From NCBI GenBank assembly GCA_039589315.1, contig JBDHHQ010000001.1, positions 1 to 64,000 on the forward strand: 64,000 nt of DNA, given 5' to 3'. Below, piece by piece: positions 1-10,239 of the stretch; the first letter of the stretch is position 1, and the number at the start of each line of letters is the position of its first letter. The DNA is from Gemmatimonadota bacterium. GTDB taxonomy: Bacteria > Gemmatimonadota > Gemmatimonadetes > Longimicrobiales > Gaopeijiaceae. A program made the translations under genes and the position numbers. Under the pieces are notes generated by a model, which did not search any database, was not told where the DNA came from, and worked only from the letters and a program-made list of their open reading frames with translations.

Positions 1-5
1 ACCGC

Positions 6-76
6 TGCCCCCTGGTGTAACGGCAGCACAAGGGTCTTTGGAACCCTTGGTCCAGGTTCGAGTCCTGGGGGGGCAA
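6..76 (+). tRNA. tRNA-Gln (anticodon TTG); CCA not encoded
   Basis: Cloverleaf: acceptor TGCCCCC/GGGGGCA, D-arm TGGTGTAACGGCAGCAC, anticodon arm AGGGT-CT-TTG-GA-ACCCT, T-arm CCAGG-TTCGAGT-CCTGG. Confidence 0.96.
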
Positions 77-93
77 TTCGCAGGAAGGAGTAC

Positions 94-1887
94 ATGCACA
101 ACCCACTCGCCCTCGTCGGATCACTCAGCTTGCTGATCGCACCCCCGCTGCTCTCGACGGCGGTGGCCGGTCAGGAGACCGTCCGCTTCACGTCGGTCTC
201 CGAGGCGGTGGATTCGGCCGACGTCCGTGACCGGGCTCGTAGCGCCCAGGCCCGCTTTGAACGCTACCGCCGACTCCACCTTCCCTCGACATGGGGCGGC
301 TGGGGTGGCCAGTGCGACGAGGTCATCGGCCGCATGTGCATGCGGTACGGCGAGGACGACTGGGAGCCGGTTACCGAGGCTCCCGAGGTCCGCGCGGCCC
401 GCGAGGAGCTGCTGATGGAGCTGCGGGGGGCGGGCGACCGGATTCCGGGTGACACGTGGATCACGGGCCAGCGGATCTTCTACCTCGGCGAGGTCGGCCG
501 GTGGCCCGAGGCCGTCCGCATCGCCGACGCGTGCCGAGGAGGGGAGGAGGGGTGGTGCGACGCCCTGCGGGGCCTGGCCTACCACGGGGCCCAACGCTTC
601 GTGGACGCGGAGAGGGCCTTCGATGCAGCCCTGTCCGCCATGAGTCCCGAGCGAGCGGGCCGGTGGCGGGACCCGTCCGTGCTGCTCGAGGACCGGGGAG
701 ACGTCCTCCGGGACGCACAGGGCGCACCCTCCCCCGACGGCCTCGTGGCTCGAGCTTGGCAGCTCGCCGACCCCCTGTTCCTCAAGCCCGGCAACGATCG
801 CCTCACCGAGCACTATGCTCGCCGCACGGTATCCCGCATCCGGTCCGGCAGCCGATCGGCATATGGCATGTCCTGGGGCGCCGACCTCGAGGAGCTGCTG
901 GTCCGCTACGGTTGGGAGGTGGGATGGGAGCGCACCCGCGCGGGTCCCGGCGAGTCCAGGAGCACGGGAGTGGTGGGCCACCATCACCCCGAATCCCTGA
1001 CCTACATGCCCCCGCCCGCGGCCATCGCCCGGCCCGCCGCAGCCGACGAGGGTGCGTGGGAGCTGTCGCCCGATCGTCCCCGGAGTGCCTACGCGCCCCT
1101 ATACGCCCCTGTGGCGACCCCGGCCGATGTCCAGATCGCTCGCTTCTGGCGTGGCGACTCGGTCCTGGTGGTGGCCGCCTACAGAATGACGCCACCCGAC
1201 GACGAGGACCGCCCCGACGGTTCGCTGCTGCGGCGGTTGGACTCGGACGTCCCGCCCGATCAGCCCGTGGAGGCCGGTCTCTTCCTCCTGCCCGAGGTGG
1301 GTGGGAGTCTCCAGGGGGCCACCAGCACCGCGGGGCCCGTGGGACGCCTGTCGCTCCAGGTGCCGGCCGGGGCCTACCTGGCGTCGGTGGAGAGCCTGAT
1401 CCCGGAGTTGGGGCGCGCCAGCCGGACGAGACTGGGACTGGTGGCCGACACGCTGCCACCCGACGTTCCCGCCCTGTCCGACGCACTGCTTCTCGACGCC
1501 GGTCCCGGCATGCCCGAGACCCTGGCGGTGGCCATCGACCAGGCCTGGCCCGGTAACGCCATTCTGCCCGGACAGCCGCTCGGCGTCGCCTGGGAGGTGA
1601 CGGGGCTCGGCCCCGAAGCGGTGAGCATGGCCTATCGCCTCACGGTCGAAAAGCGGGACCGGGGCCTGGTGGAGAGGGTGGGTTCGCTCGTCGGCCTCTT
1701 CGGCGGAGGGCCCGAAGTGCAGGTGTCGTGGAGCGAGCAGGGTGGGGGTGGAGCTCGCCGACAGTTCCGGGCCACGGACGTGGACCTCACTTCCCTCGAC
1801 GCAGGCCGGTACCGCCTAACGCTCGAGCTGGAGCTGCCGGGACGTTCCACCATGGCCGTCCACCGTACGTTGAGAGTGGTGGAGTAA
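94..1887 (+). CDS. Exported hypothetical protein, TPR-like helices plus divergent GWxTD-like domain and C-terminal beta-sandwich
   Basis: 597 aa, AAGGAG RBS, signal-peptide-like N-terminus; LADPLFLKPGNDRLTEHYAR and WGADLEELLVRYGW resemble GWxTD-family motifs. Confidence 0.65.
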   Translation: MHNPLALVGSLSLLIAPPLLSTAVAGQETVRFTSVSEAVDSADVRDRARSAQARFERYRRLHLPSTWGGWGGQCDEVIGRMCMRYGEDDWEPVTEAPEVRAAREELLMELRGAGDRIPGDTWITGQRIFYLGEVGRWPEAVRIADACRGGEEGWCDALRGLAYHGAQRFVDAERAFDAALSAMSPERAGRWRDPSVLLEDRGDVLRDAQGAPSPDGLVARAWQLADPLFLKPGNDRLTEHYARRTVSRIRSGSRSAYGMSWGADLEELLVRYGWEVGWERTRAGPGESRSTGVVGHHHPESLTYMPPPAAIARPAAADEGAWELSPDRPRSAYAPLYAPVATPADVQIARFWRGDSVLVVAAYRMTPPDDEDRPDGSLLRRLDSDVPPDQPVEAGLFLLPEVGGSLQGATSTAGPVGRLSLQVPAGAYLASVESLIPELGRASRTRLGLVADTLPPDVPALSDALLLDAGPGMPETLAVAIDQAWPGNAILPGQPLGVAWEVTGLGPEAVSMAYRLTVEKRDRGLVERVGSLVGLFGGGPEVQVSWSEQGGGGARRQFRATDVDLTSLDAGRYRLTLELELPGRSTMAVHRTLRVVE

Positions 1888-1900
1888 CGCCGCCGCCACG

Positions 1901-1929
1901 TTGACGACACCTGGGCCCGTCTCTAACTT
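1901..1929 (+). promoter_or_regulatory. sigma70-type promoter of prs operon
   Basis: TTGACG-17 bp-TAACTT, 43 bp upstream of the prs ATG. Confidence 0.6.
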
Positions 1930-1972
1930 AGCGGGCTGTCGCCACTAACATTGGATCCGACCTCCAGGCAAT

Positions 1973-2980
1973 ATGGACTACACCTACCAAAGAGGCCCGC
2001 TGATGCTCCTGGCCGGGCGGGCGAATCGCTCGCTGGCGATGGAGATCGGAGACCGGATCGGCCAGACTACGCTGGGCGTCACGATCGAGGATTTCGCCGA
2101 CGGCGAGATCTTCGTCCGGATCGACGAGAACGTCCGCGGGCGGGACGTCTTCATCATCCAGCCCACGCCGGCCCCTGCCGAGAACATCATGGAGCTGTTG
2201 CTCCTGATCGACGCGGCGATGCGGGCATCGGCGGCTCGCGTCACGGCGGTGATCCCCTACTTCGGCTACGGTCGTCAGGACAGGAAGGACCAGCCGCGCG
2301 TGTCCGTCGGTGCGAAGCTGGTGGCGAACCTCATCGAGGCGGCGGGCGCGGATCGGGTGTTGGGCATCGATTTTCACCAGCATCAGATCGCCAGCTTCTT
2401 CGACATCCCGGTCGACCACCTGTACGGGCGCCCCGTCTTGATCGACTACTTCCGCCGACTCGAGCTCGAGGATCTGGTCGTGGTGGCCCCGGACGTCGGG
2501 TCTGCCAAGATGGCCCGGGGCTACGCGAAGCGGCTGGGGGCGTCGCTGGCCATCATCGACAAGCGTCGCCCTCGCGCCAACGTGGCGCAGGTGCTCAACG
2601 TCGTGGGTGAGGTGGAGGGGCGCCCCTGCCTGATCACCGACGACATGGTGGACACGGGCGGCACCATGGCGAACGCGGTGCACGCACTCAAGGAGCGAGG
2701 GGCCACCAAGGTCTACGCGTGCGGAACCCACGCCCTCCTTTCGGGGACGGCCAGCGAGAAGCTCTCTGCCGCACCGTTGGAAGAGCTCGTCGTCACCAAC
2801 AGCATCCACGTGCCCGAGGAACGGCGCTTCGACCGGCTGCGGATCCTCTCGGTGGCAGGCCTTCTGGCGGATGCCATCGTCAACACCCACTCGAACGAGT
2901 CCGTGAGCGAGCTCTTCGAGATCCGTCCGCACGGGACGAGTCACGGGTCGGAGACCCTCGAGCCCACTCACCAGTCGTAG
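1973..2980 (+). CDS. prs: Ribose-phosphate pyrophosphokinase
   Basis: FADGEI, PYFGYGRQDRK, VAPDVG, DDMVDTGGT motifs. Confidence 0.97.
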   Translation: MDYTYQRGPLMLLAGRANRSLAMEIGDRIGQTTLGVTIEDFADGEIFVRIDENVRGRDVFIIQPTPAPAENIMELLLLIDAAMRASAARVTAVIPYFGYGRQDRKDQPRVSVGAKLVANLIEAAGADRVLGIDFHQHQIASFFDIPVDHLYGRPVLIDYFRRLELEDLVVVAPDVGSAKMARGYAKRLGASLAIIDKRRPRANVAQVLNVVGEVEGRPCLITDDMVDTGGTMANAVHALKERGATKVYACGTHALLSGTASEKLSAAPLEELVVTNSIHVPEERRFDRLRILSVAGLLADAIVNTHSNESVSELFEIRPHGTSHGSETLEPTHQS

Positions 2981-2990
2981 GACGAGCGTC

Positions 2991-3668
2991 ATGAGCGAGA
3001 ATACAACGTTGAGCGCGACCCGCCGGGAGGGCACCGGCAAGGGTGTCGCACGGAAGCTCCGAGCCTCGGGCCAGGTGCCGGCAGTCGTCTACGGGAAGGA
3101 CATGGACGCGGTCCATCTCGCGGTGGACGCGCACGCTGCGGAGCACCTGTTCCAGGGGATCTCGGTCGCGAGCACGATCGTCGACCTGAAGATCGAGGGC
3201 GAGCGCAGGCCTCTGCCGACGCTGGTACGGGAGGTACAGACGCATCCGTACCGGCCCGAGCTCATCCACATCGACTTCTACCGGATCCAGAAGGGCGTGG
3301 CCGTGGAGGTCGAGGTGCCGCTTCACTTGAAGGGCACTCCCGCGGGCGTGCGCGACGGCGGCACCCTCGAGCAGGTCTTCCACGTGATCCCCATCAAGTG
3401 CATGCCCTCCAACATCCCCGAGGCCATCACGGTGGACGTGACGGGGCTGAACGTGGGTGACTCCGTCCACGCCTACGACCTGGAGATCGACGAGGGCCTC
3501 GAGCTGCTCATCGACCTGGAGCGGACCCTGGCCGCCGTGGCGGCGCCGAGGGCGGAAGAGGAAGTCGTGGAGGAAGAGGAGCTCGAAGAGCTCGAAGCCG
3601 CGGCCGCTGAGGCGGGCGCAGCCGAGGCAGCAGAGGCCGAAGGAGAGGGCGAAGAGGCAGGGAGCTAG
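2991..3668 (+). CDS. rplY: 50S ribosomal protein L25 / Ctc (long form)
   Basis: GKGVARKLR, VPAVVYG, HIDFY, acidic tail; prs-rplY-pth synteny. Confidence 0.96.
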   Translation: MSENTTLSATRREGTGKGVARKLRASGQVPAVVYGKDMDAVHLAVDAHAAEHLFQGISVASTIVDLKIEGERRPLPTLVREVQTHPYRPELIHIDFYRIQKGVAVEVEVPLHLKGTPAGVRDGGTLEQVFHVIPIKCMPSNIPEAITVDVTGLNVGDSVHAYDLEIDEGLELLIDLERTLAAVAAPRAEEEVVEEEELEELEAAAAEAGAAEAAEAEGEGEEAGS

Positions 3669-3700
3669 GCCCCTCTCCGCACTGGACGCCACTTCCTGGA

Positions 3701-4264
3701 ATGAAGGTCGTCGCCGGGCTCGGCAACCCCGGGCCCGAGTACGACGAGACCCGACACAACGTCGGGTGGTGGGTGCTGGATCGTCTGGCGTACGATTGGG
3801 AATTCGGCGCCTTCCGGCAGCGGGGATTCGCCCTCGCCGTGGACGGCGTCGTGGAAGACCACGACGTCCGGCTGATCAAGCCCACCGCATACATGAACCG
3901 GAGTGGGTGGGCCCTGAGCCCCCTCTCCTCGGCGGCGGACTTCGAGCCCGCTCGCGACCTGCTGGTCGTCGTCGACGACGCGGCCCTGGACGTTGGGCGG
4001 GTCCGTTTTCGTCCCCGGGGCGGCCCCGGCGGACACAACGGCCTGAGGTCCGTGTCCAGTACCCTGGCCATGGACGACTACCCACGCCTGCGGTTGGGCG
4101 TGGGCGTAGCACCTGCGGGTGCGGACCTGGCGGCCTGGGTCCTGTCGCCCATGAGCGAGTCGGATGAGGACGTCGTGGTGGAGCTCCTTCCGGAGCTGAC
4201 CCGGGCCGTGGAAACCTGGATCGTAGAGGGAATCGAGGCGGCCATGAACCGATACAACCGGTGA
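3701..4264 (+). CDS. pth: Peptidyl-tRNA hydrolase
   Basis: GLGNPGPEY, TRHNVG, KPTAYMNRSG, GGHNGL. Confidence 0.97.
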   Translation: MKVVAGLGNPGPEYDETRHNVGWWVLDRLAYDWEFGAFRQRGFALAVDGVVEDHDVRLIKPTAYMNRSGWALSPLSSAADFEPARDLLVVVDDAALDVGRVRFRPRGGPGGHNGLRSVSSTLAMDDYPRLRLGVGVAPAGADLAAWVLSPMSESDEDVVVELLPELTRAVETWIVEGIEAAMNRYNR

Positions 4265-4319
4265 CCGACCGGACCGCCGCCTCCACACAACACCTGAGGA
4301 ACCGAGAAAGGGTCGCTGA

Positions 4320-6440
4320 ATGACCGACTTCGTGACGCTGACGGACTGGGCTTGGCTGCTGGGCCTGATCGGGCTGGGCGTGGCCGGATTCATCTACGGC
4401 TACGTCAAGAGGCAGGATCCCGGGACGGAGGTCATGGTCGATCTGGCCAATCAGATCCACGACGGTGCCATGGCGTTTCTCAGGCGCGAGTACACAGTGC
4501 TGGCGGTTTTCGTCGTGGTGGTCGCCGTGCTGTTGGGACTGGCCATCTCGCCGCAGACGTCCATCGCGTACTTGTTCGGCGCGGTGAGCTCGGTCTCCGC
4601 CGGCTTCTTCGGTATGAAGGCAGCGACGCGGGCCAACGTGCGCACGTCGGCGGCAGCCAACCAGGAAGGCCAGGGCAAGGCCCTTCGTATCGCCTTCTTC
4701 GGTGGGTCGGTCATGGGGCTCGCCGTGGCGTCGTTGGGGCTCCTGGGACTGGGCGCCCTCTACTGGATCTACGCGGCTGACGCCATCCCCGGCACCGGTG
4801 ACCTGCCCCGGTTCGCCGAGATCGTGTCGGGCTTCGCCATGGGTGCCAGCTCCATCGCTCTGTTCGCCCGCGTGGGCGGTGGCATCTACACCAAGGCGGC
4901 GGACGTCGGCGCGGACCTGGTGGGCAAGGTCGAGGCCGGCATCCCCGAGGACGACCCTCGGAATCCAGCCACCATCGCGGACAACGTCGGCGACAACGTC
5001 GGTGACGTGGCAGGGATGGGCGCCGACATCTTCGAGTCGTACGTCGGATCCATCGTGGCCACGATCGCCATCGGCGCCACGGCCGCGGGGCTGGCGTCGA
5101 ACCGCCTGGAGGCGGTGGCCCTACCCGTCGTCACGGTCATGGTGGGCCTGGTGGCATCCCTCGTGGGCATCGCCATGATGAAGGTGCTCGAGCGCACGGA
5201 CCCGGCCGGGGCGCTCCGGAACGTCACCTTCATCGCCGCCGCGTTGTTCCTGGTCGCGATGTACTTCGTGATCGACTCGCTGGGTTTCCGGATGATGGAC
5301 GCGTCCGGCGGCACGTACCCGTCCACCGGCCCGTTCTGGGCGCTACTGTCGGGCACCATGGCGGGCATCCTGATCGGCCTGGCCACCGAGTACTACACCG
5401 CCGCCGGTCCCGTCCGCCGTATCGCCGAAGCGAGCAGCACCGGCGCGGCGACGAACATCATCACGGGCCTGGCCGTCGGCATGGAATCCACGGCGGTCCC
5501 CGTGATCCTCATCGCGGTGGCCATCGGCGTGTCCCACTTCTTCTCCGGCCTGTACGGGATCGGCATTGCGGCGGTGGGGATGTTGGCCACCGTGGGCGTG
5601 ACCATGTCGGTGGACGCGTACGGGCCCGTGGCCGACAACGCCGGCGGCATCAGCGAGATGAGCGCCCTCGGACCCGAGACCCGGGCCATCACCGACTCAC
5701 TGGATGCCATCGGCAACACCACGGCGGCCATCGGGAAGGGCTTCGCCATCGGCTCCGCGGCACTGACCGCATTGGCGCTCTTCTCGGCCTACGCCTCGGC
5801 GGTCGGCCTGCTGGATACGGGCATCAGCATCGTGAACCCCACCGTGGTCATCGGCCTGCTCCTGGGGGGCATGCTGCCATTCTTCGTGGCGGCCCTGACC
5901 ATGACGGCCGTCGGCCGCGCGGCCGCGGGGATGGTGGACGAGGTGAGACGCCAGTTCCGGGAGATCCCGGGGCTGATGGAAGGTACCGCGAAGCCGGACT
6001 CGGCCCGCTGCGTGGACATCTCCACCAGGGCGGCCCTGCGGGAGATGATCCTGCCGGGGGTGACGGCCTTGCTGGCTCCCGTGCTCGTCGGGGCCTTCAT
6101 GGGCGTCGAGGCTCTGGGCGGCCTCCTGGCCGGGGCCACGGTGACTGGTGTGCTCATGGCCCTGTTCATGGCCAACGCCGGAGGGGCATGGGACAACGCC
6201 AAGAAGTACATCGAGGGAGGGGCCATGGGCGGCAAGGGCTCGGATCCCCACAAGGCGGCGGTGGTGGGAGACACCGTCGGTGATCCGTTCAAGGACACGT
6301 CCGGTCCGTCCCTGAACATCCTGATCAAGCTCATGAGCGTGGTGGCCCTCGTGCTGGCGCCGTGGTTCGTCCGTATCCACGGACTGGACGTGGATGGCAC
6401 GTCGTGGATCACCGACCTCATGACGCGGTTCCTCGGGTAG
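4320..6440 (+). CDS. hppA: Membrane-integral ion-translocating pyrophosphatase, K+-dependent, probably Na+-pumping
   Basis: [55 protein letters not shown]. Confidence 0.95.
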   Translation: MTDFVTLTDWAWLLGLIGLGVAGFIYGYVKRQDPGTEVMVDLANQIHDGAMAFLRREYTVLAVFVVVVAVLLGLAISPQTSIAYLFGAVSSVSAGFFGMKAATRANVRTSAAANQEGQGKALRIAFFGGSVMGLAVASLGLLGLGALYWIYAADAIPGTGDLPRFAEIVSGFAMGASSIALFARVGGGIYTKAADVGADLVGKVEAGIPEDDPRNPATIADNVGDNVGDVAGMGADIFESYVGSIVATIAIGATAAGLASNRLEAVALPVVTVMVGLVASLVGIAMMKVLERTDPAGALRNVTFIAAALFLVAMYFVIDSLGFRMMDASGGTYPSTGPFWALLSGTMAGILIGLATEYYTAAGPVRRIAEASSTGAATNIITGLAVGMESTAVPVILIAVAIGVSHFFSGLYGIGIAAVGMLATVGVTMSVDAYGPVADNAGGISEMSALGPETRAITDSLDAIGNTTAAIGKGFAIGSAALTALALFSAYASAVGLLDTGISIVNPTVVIGLLLGGMLPFFVAALTMTAVGRAAAGMVDEVRRQFREIPGLMEGTAKPDSARCVDISTRAALREMILPGVTALLAPVLVGAFMGVEALGGLLAGATVTGVLMALFMANAGGAWDNAKKYIEGGAMGGKGSDPHKAAVVGDTVGDPFKDTSGPSLNILIKLMSVVALVLAPWFVRIHGLDVDGTSWITDLMTRFLG

Positions 6441-6459
6441 AGCCAGGCCAGGAGCTTCC

Positions 6460-7656
6460 GTGACGAAGGACGCCACCTTCGAGAATGCCCTGGCCTTCGC
6501 CCAGGCACTGATCCGCCTGCCCTCGCCGCCGGGACAGGAGGAGGCGGTCGTCCGGCGCGTCCAGGAGGAGATGACGGCACTGGGGTTCACCCGGGTACGC
6601 ACGGACGAGGTGGGCAACGTGATCGGCGTCGTGCCAGGCTCTGGCCGGGCGCCCACCGTCATGCTCAACAGCCACGTGGACGTGGTGGCGGAGGGGGATG
6701 CCGCCGAATGGGAGCATCCACCCTATGGCGGCGTGGTCGCTGACGGCTTCCTCCACGGGCGGGGAGCCATGGACATCAAGGGTCCTCTGGCGCTGCAGAC
6801 CTATGCAGCGGCCATGCTCATGGGGCGGACCGAGGGCGACGTCGTGGTGGCGCATACCGTTCTCGAAGAGCGCGGTGGCTGGGGCATGGACCACCTGATC
6901 GAGTCCGGGGGCGTGAAGCCGGACGCCGTGATCATCGGCGAGGCCACCAGGGGCGACATCGCCATCGGACACCGGGGAAGAGGTGAGCTGGAGGTCGTGC
7001 TACACGGCCTGGCGGGGCACGCCAGCGTGCCGGACCGAGCGCGGAACGCGCTGGATCTCGTTCCCCCGGTCCTGGCCGCCATCCAGGATCTGGCCGAAGA
7101 CCAGCCCTCCGATCCGATCCTCGGTCGCGCGAGCCTCGTGGCCACGGGCGTAGACGTGCTTCCCGAGAGCCGCAACGTCATCCCCGACAGGGTGGCCGTC
7201 GTCATCGACTGGCGGGTCCTGCCCGATTCCACCGACGAGGGCCTCATCCGGTCGGTGGAGGAGGCCATCGGGCGGCGGTTGCCGGCCGTGCCGGAGGGCT
7301 TCCGGGTCGAGGTGCAGATGGCCCGGGAGCGACAGGGGACCTACACGGGCTTGAACCGGGATCGCCGGCTGTTCACCCCCGGGTTTCTCATGGACGCGGA
7401 CGCGCCGGTGGTCCAGGCGGCCGCCCGGGCCGTGGGCCGCCGGGACGGTGAGGGCTCCGCTACGGTGCGACCATGGGCCTTCGCCACCGACGGCGGTTGG
7501 AGCTGCGGGATCCATGGCATTCCGACGCTGGGCTTCGCGCCCGGCGAGGAGCGGTTCGCCCACACGAACCGGGAGCGGCTCGACCTGGAAGAGGCCCGGT
7601 GGGCCCTGTCCCGCTATCCCGACCTGATCCTGGCCGTGCAGGACGCGGTGAGGTAG
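6460..7656 (+). CDS. M20/M25/M40 family metallohydrolase (ArgE/DapE/YgeY-like)
   Basis: [34 protein letters not shown]. Confidence 0.9.
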   Translation: MTKDATFENALAFAQALIRLPSPPGQEEAVVRRVQEEMTALGFTRVRTDEVGNVIGVVPGSGRAPTVMLNSHVDVVAEGDAAEWEHPPYGGVVADGFLHGRGAMDIKGPLALQTYAAAMLMGRTEGDVVVAHTVLEERGGWGMDHLIESGGVKPDAVIIGEATRGDIAIGHRGRGELEVVLHGLAGHASVPDRARNALDLVPPVLAAIQDLAEDQPSDPILGRASLVATGVDVLPESRNVIPDRVAVVIDWRVLPDSTDEGLIRSVEEAIGRRLPAVPEGFRVEVQMARERQGTYTGLNRDRRLFTPGFLMDADAPVVQAAARAVGRRDGEGSATVRPWAFATDGGWSCGIHGIPTLGFAPGEERFAHTNRERLDLEEARWALSRYPDLILAVQDAVR

Positions 7657-7695
7657 CGCCGAGGCTGGCAGGGCGAGGGCCGGCGCAGTCCCGAC

Positions 7696-7737
7696 CGAGA
7701 AACGACCCCGGAGGCGAGAGCCCCGGGGTCGTTCTCG
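7696..7737. terminator. Stem-loop between convergent genes (possible bidirectional terminator)
   Basis: CGAGAAACGACCCCGG...CCGGGGTCGTTCTCG inverted repeat. Confidence 0.55.
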
Positions 7738-7760
7738 TCAGGGTCGGCCGCAGCGTCCGG

Positions 7761-9107
7761 TCAGAGGGTCTCTCCGCCTGGCCGCGCGATCTGCTGGCTC
7801 GGCGCGCCGTTTCCGTCGCTTTCGGCCGGAAGCTGGGCGACACGAGCGGTCGCTCCCCTGAGGACGGCCTGGATGTCGATGCCCAGAGCCGAGGCCAGAC
7901 CCTCCATGGTCCCGTAGGCGCCCTGGACCTTCTGGTTGACCGCGTTGCTGGCCCCGCTGCCGCTGCCCCCGTCCAGGACCACCAGCCGATCGATGTCGAC
8001 GTCCTTCACCGCGCCGACCGCGATCCCGAGCAGCTCCGGGAGCTTCTCCGCCAGGAACACGGCGAACCCATGCTCGCCCCCCTTCTGCACTTCCTCGTAG
8101 AGACGGCGCAGTACCTCGACCTGGGCCTTGCCGCGCTCCAGGATCGGGGCCGCTTCGGCCTGGGCCTCCGCGAAGGCGGCCTCCCGGGCCGCGTTGGCGG
8201 GCTCCACCACGTCGGCCCGCAGCCGCTCCTGCTCCTTCTCGACGCGGCGCTCCTCCAGCACCCTCTGAGCCTCCACCTCTGCCTGCTCCGCCCTCACCAG
8301 TGCCGTGCGCTCTGCGATCTGGGCCTCCTGGTCGAGCTCGGCCTCCCGCACACGCAGGGCGTTGTTGGCCTCGGCGATACGGATGTTGGCCTCGGCCTCC
8401 TTGACCTCGGCCCGCTGCTTCGCCTCGGCCTGCCGCTCCCGGGTCTCGGCGTCCGCGTCGGCCTCTGCGATCTCGGCGTCCCGCACCGCCTCGGCCGCCC
8501 GCTTCCGGCCGATGGCCTCGAGGTAGCCCCGCTCGTCGCTCACGTTCTGGATCTTCAGCACGTCCAGGTGGAACCCGAGGGCCGCCAGGTCCTCGCCGGC
8601 GTCCTCGGCCAGCGCCTTGGCGAAACCGAGGCGGTCCTCGTTCACCTCCTCGGGCGTCAAGGTTGCCAACACGCCGCGGAGGTTCCCCATCAGCGTGTCC
8701 TTGGCAAGGAGCTTGACCTCCTGCTCCGACTTGCCGAGGAGCCGCTCCACGGCGTTGTTGAACACCGTCTCGGGCTCGGAGGCGATCTTGACGTTGGCGA
8801 TGGCCTCCACGGTCAGAGGGATGTTCCCCTTGGAGAAGGCGTCGCTGACGCCCACCTCGATGGGAATCGTCGCGAGACTGACCCACTCGACGGCTTCGAT
8901 GATGGGGATCCGCAGCGTTCTCCCGCCGATCACCGAGCGGTATCCGACACGCTGGCCGTCCGGGAGACTCCGGCTCCGGCCCGTGATCACGGCCGCTTCG
9001 TTGGGCGGGACGATGATGATGAGCGACTTGATCGTCAGGATCGCCACGAATACGGCGAAGAGAACGGCAAAGCCGATCGCAGCGCCGCCTGCGAGCATCT
9101 GGTCCAT
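7761..9107 (-). CDS. Flotillin / SPFH domain protein
   Basis: N-terminal TM, PPNEAAVITG, GNLRGVLA-LTPEEVNEDR, AEA-rich coiled coil. Confidence 0.9.
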   Translation of the reverse strand: MDQMLAGGAAIGFAVLFAVFVAILTIKSLIIIVPPNEAAVITGRSRSLPDGQRVGYRSVIGGRTLRIPIIEAVEWVSLATIPIEVGVSDAFSKGNIPLTVEAIANVKIASEPETVFNNAVERLLGKSEQEVKLLAKDTLMGNLRGVLATLTPEEVNEDRLGFAKALAEDAGEDLAALGFHLDVLKIQNVSDERGYLEAIGRKRAAEAVRDAEIAEADADAETRERQAEAKQRAEVKEAEANIRIAEANNALRVREAELDQEAQIAERTALVRAEQAEVEAQRVLEERRVEKEQERLRADVVEPANAAREAAFAEAQAEAAPILERGKAQVEVLRRLYEEVQKGGEHGFAVFLAEKLPELLGIAVGAVKDVDIDRLVVLDGGSGSGASNAVNQKVQGAYGTMEGLASALGIDIQAVLRGATARVAQLPAESDGNGAPSQQIARPGGETL

Positions 9108-9193
9108 CTTGTCCTCCGAATCGAATGCGATCAGTTACCGGTCGATTACCGACGGCTCCGGAGCGGGGGTCGGTCCCCCCGATTCGGGGCGCG

Positions 9194-9805
9194 TCAGCCG
9201 CCGTCCGGGAGCCGGAGCTCCTCGTCCACCGGGACTACACGGGCGATCCCCGCGTCCATCTCCACCACCAGCACTTCCTTCCACGCCCCCGGGTCCAGGT
9301 GTCCGGCCGTGTCGTGGGGCAGTGCCCGGATGCGGAAGCTCCGGTCGCCGCGCAGAACGGTCACCTGTCCGGGAGAACCGGGTCCGATGGGCAGGCTCAC
9401 GAGGCCCGGGAGTCCAACGAAGCTCGCTTCTCCGGCCCGGTCTCCGACCTCGGACCGCCGGAGGAACCCGAACAACGCCGAGGCGATGAATCCGGTGGCG
9501 ACACCACCGGCCGTGGCGAAAAGGGCTGTCTGCGAAGCCTGCGCTCCTCCCCACATCTGCGTCAGGATGGTACCCACGGCCCCGAATCCGAACAGGGCGT
9601 ATACCAGGGTCCGCAGGGAGAGGATCTTGAGTGCGTTGACGTCGCTGCCTCCACCGGCGTCGACATCCAGGTCGGCGTCGAGGTCGAGGTCGAGGTCGAG
9701 ATCGACGTCTGCCACGTCACCTCCTCCCGCCACGTCTCCGAGGAGGGAGAGGGCCATGAATCCGCCGCCTACCACCAGGGCGAAGATGTACGCTACGGCC
9801 ATCAT
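9194..9805 (-). CDS. NfeD/YqiJ-like flotillin partner membrane protein
   Basis: Three TM segments, Asp-Leu repeat loop, C-terminal OB-like GxV..I..G.V; directly upstream of flotillin. Confidence 0.75.
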   Translation of the reverse strand: MMAVAYIFALVVGGGFMALSLLGDVAGGGDVADVDLDLDLDLDADLDVDAGGGSDVNALKILSLRTLVYALFGFGAVGTILTQMWGGAQASQTALFATAGGVATGFIASALFGFLRRSEVGDRAGEASFVGLPGLVSLPIGPGSPGQVTVLRGDRSFRIRALPHDTAGHLDPGAWKEVLVVEMDAGIARVVPVDEELRLPDGG

Positions 9806-10173
9806 GTCGGTCCGGACCGGGGGAGCCGGGGGTTGGACCTAAACCCATGCCCTCCTGCTCCCGTTCTCGGATGTATCCTGCATACGGATCTTGACGACGT
9901 CGTCTTCTCCAGCTGCCTGGATGGCGCGCGCGTGGAGGAACAGCGGTCGACTCCGCTCGGCCCCCAGGCTACCCGACGATGCCAGGTGGAACGTCCGCCC
10001 GACGGGTCCGGGGCGCAAGGCCGCCAGAGGGCCGGTGTCCACCGCTGCTCTCGGCCGTGAGCGCCCCCGCCCGTTCCCGACCGCACCGGCCTGGACACGA
10101 CGGGCGTAACGCCGTGGAGTCACCGCTGCCGACCCCTTCCCCCGCGGCGGGGCGGAGCGATATCTTCATAGGC

Positions 10174-10232
10174 TCATCCCGCTCCGCCCGACGAGGCGGA
10201 GCCCGCGTTTTTCACGACGGACCGAGGGAGAG
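10174..10232 (+). promoter_or_regulatory. Putative S6:S18-binding rpsF leader RNA
   Basis: Hairpin GCTCCGCC-CGACGA-GGCGGAGC (10181-10202) followed by CCG (10203-10205); upstream TCCC can pair with SD GGGA (10226-10229). Confidence 0.6.
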
Positions 10233-10239
10233 TCGTATC

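Noticed and set aside
6..1900. Integrative element at tRNA-Gln
   Set aside because: No integrase, no duplicated tRNA 3' end seen, and composition matches the rest of the window.
9671..9706. GTCGAG microsatellite as a phase-variation site
   Set aside because: In-frame hexamer encoding the Asp-Leu loop typical of this membrane family.
9979..10239. 87-aa N-terminal extension of S6
   Set aside because: Low-complexity sequence; the ATG at 10240 has an RBS, a leader structure and a canonical S6 start.
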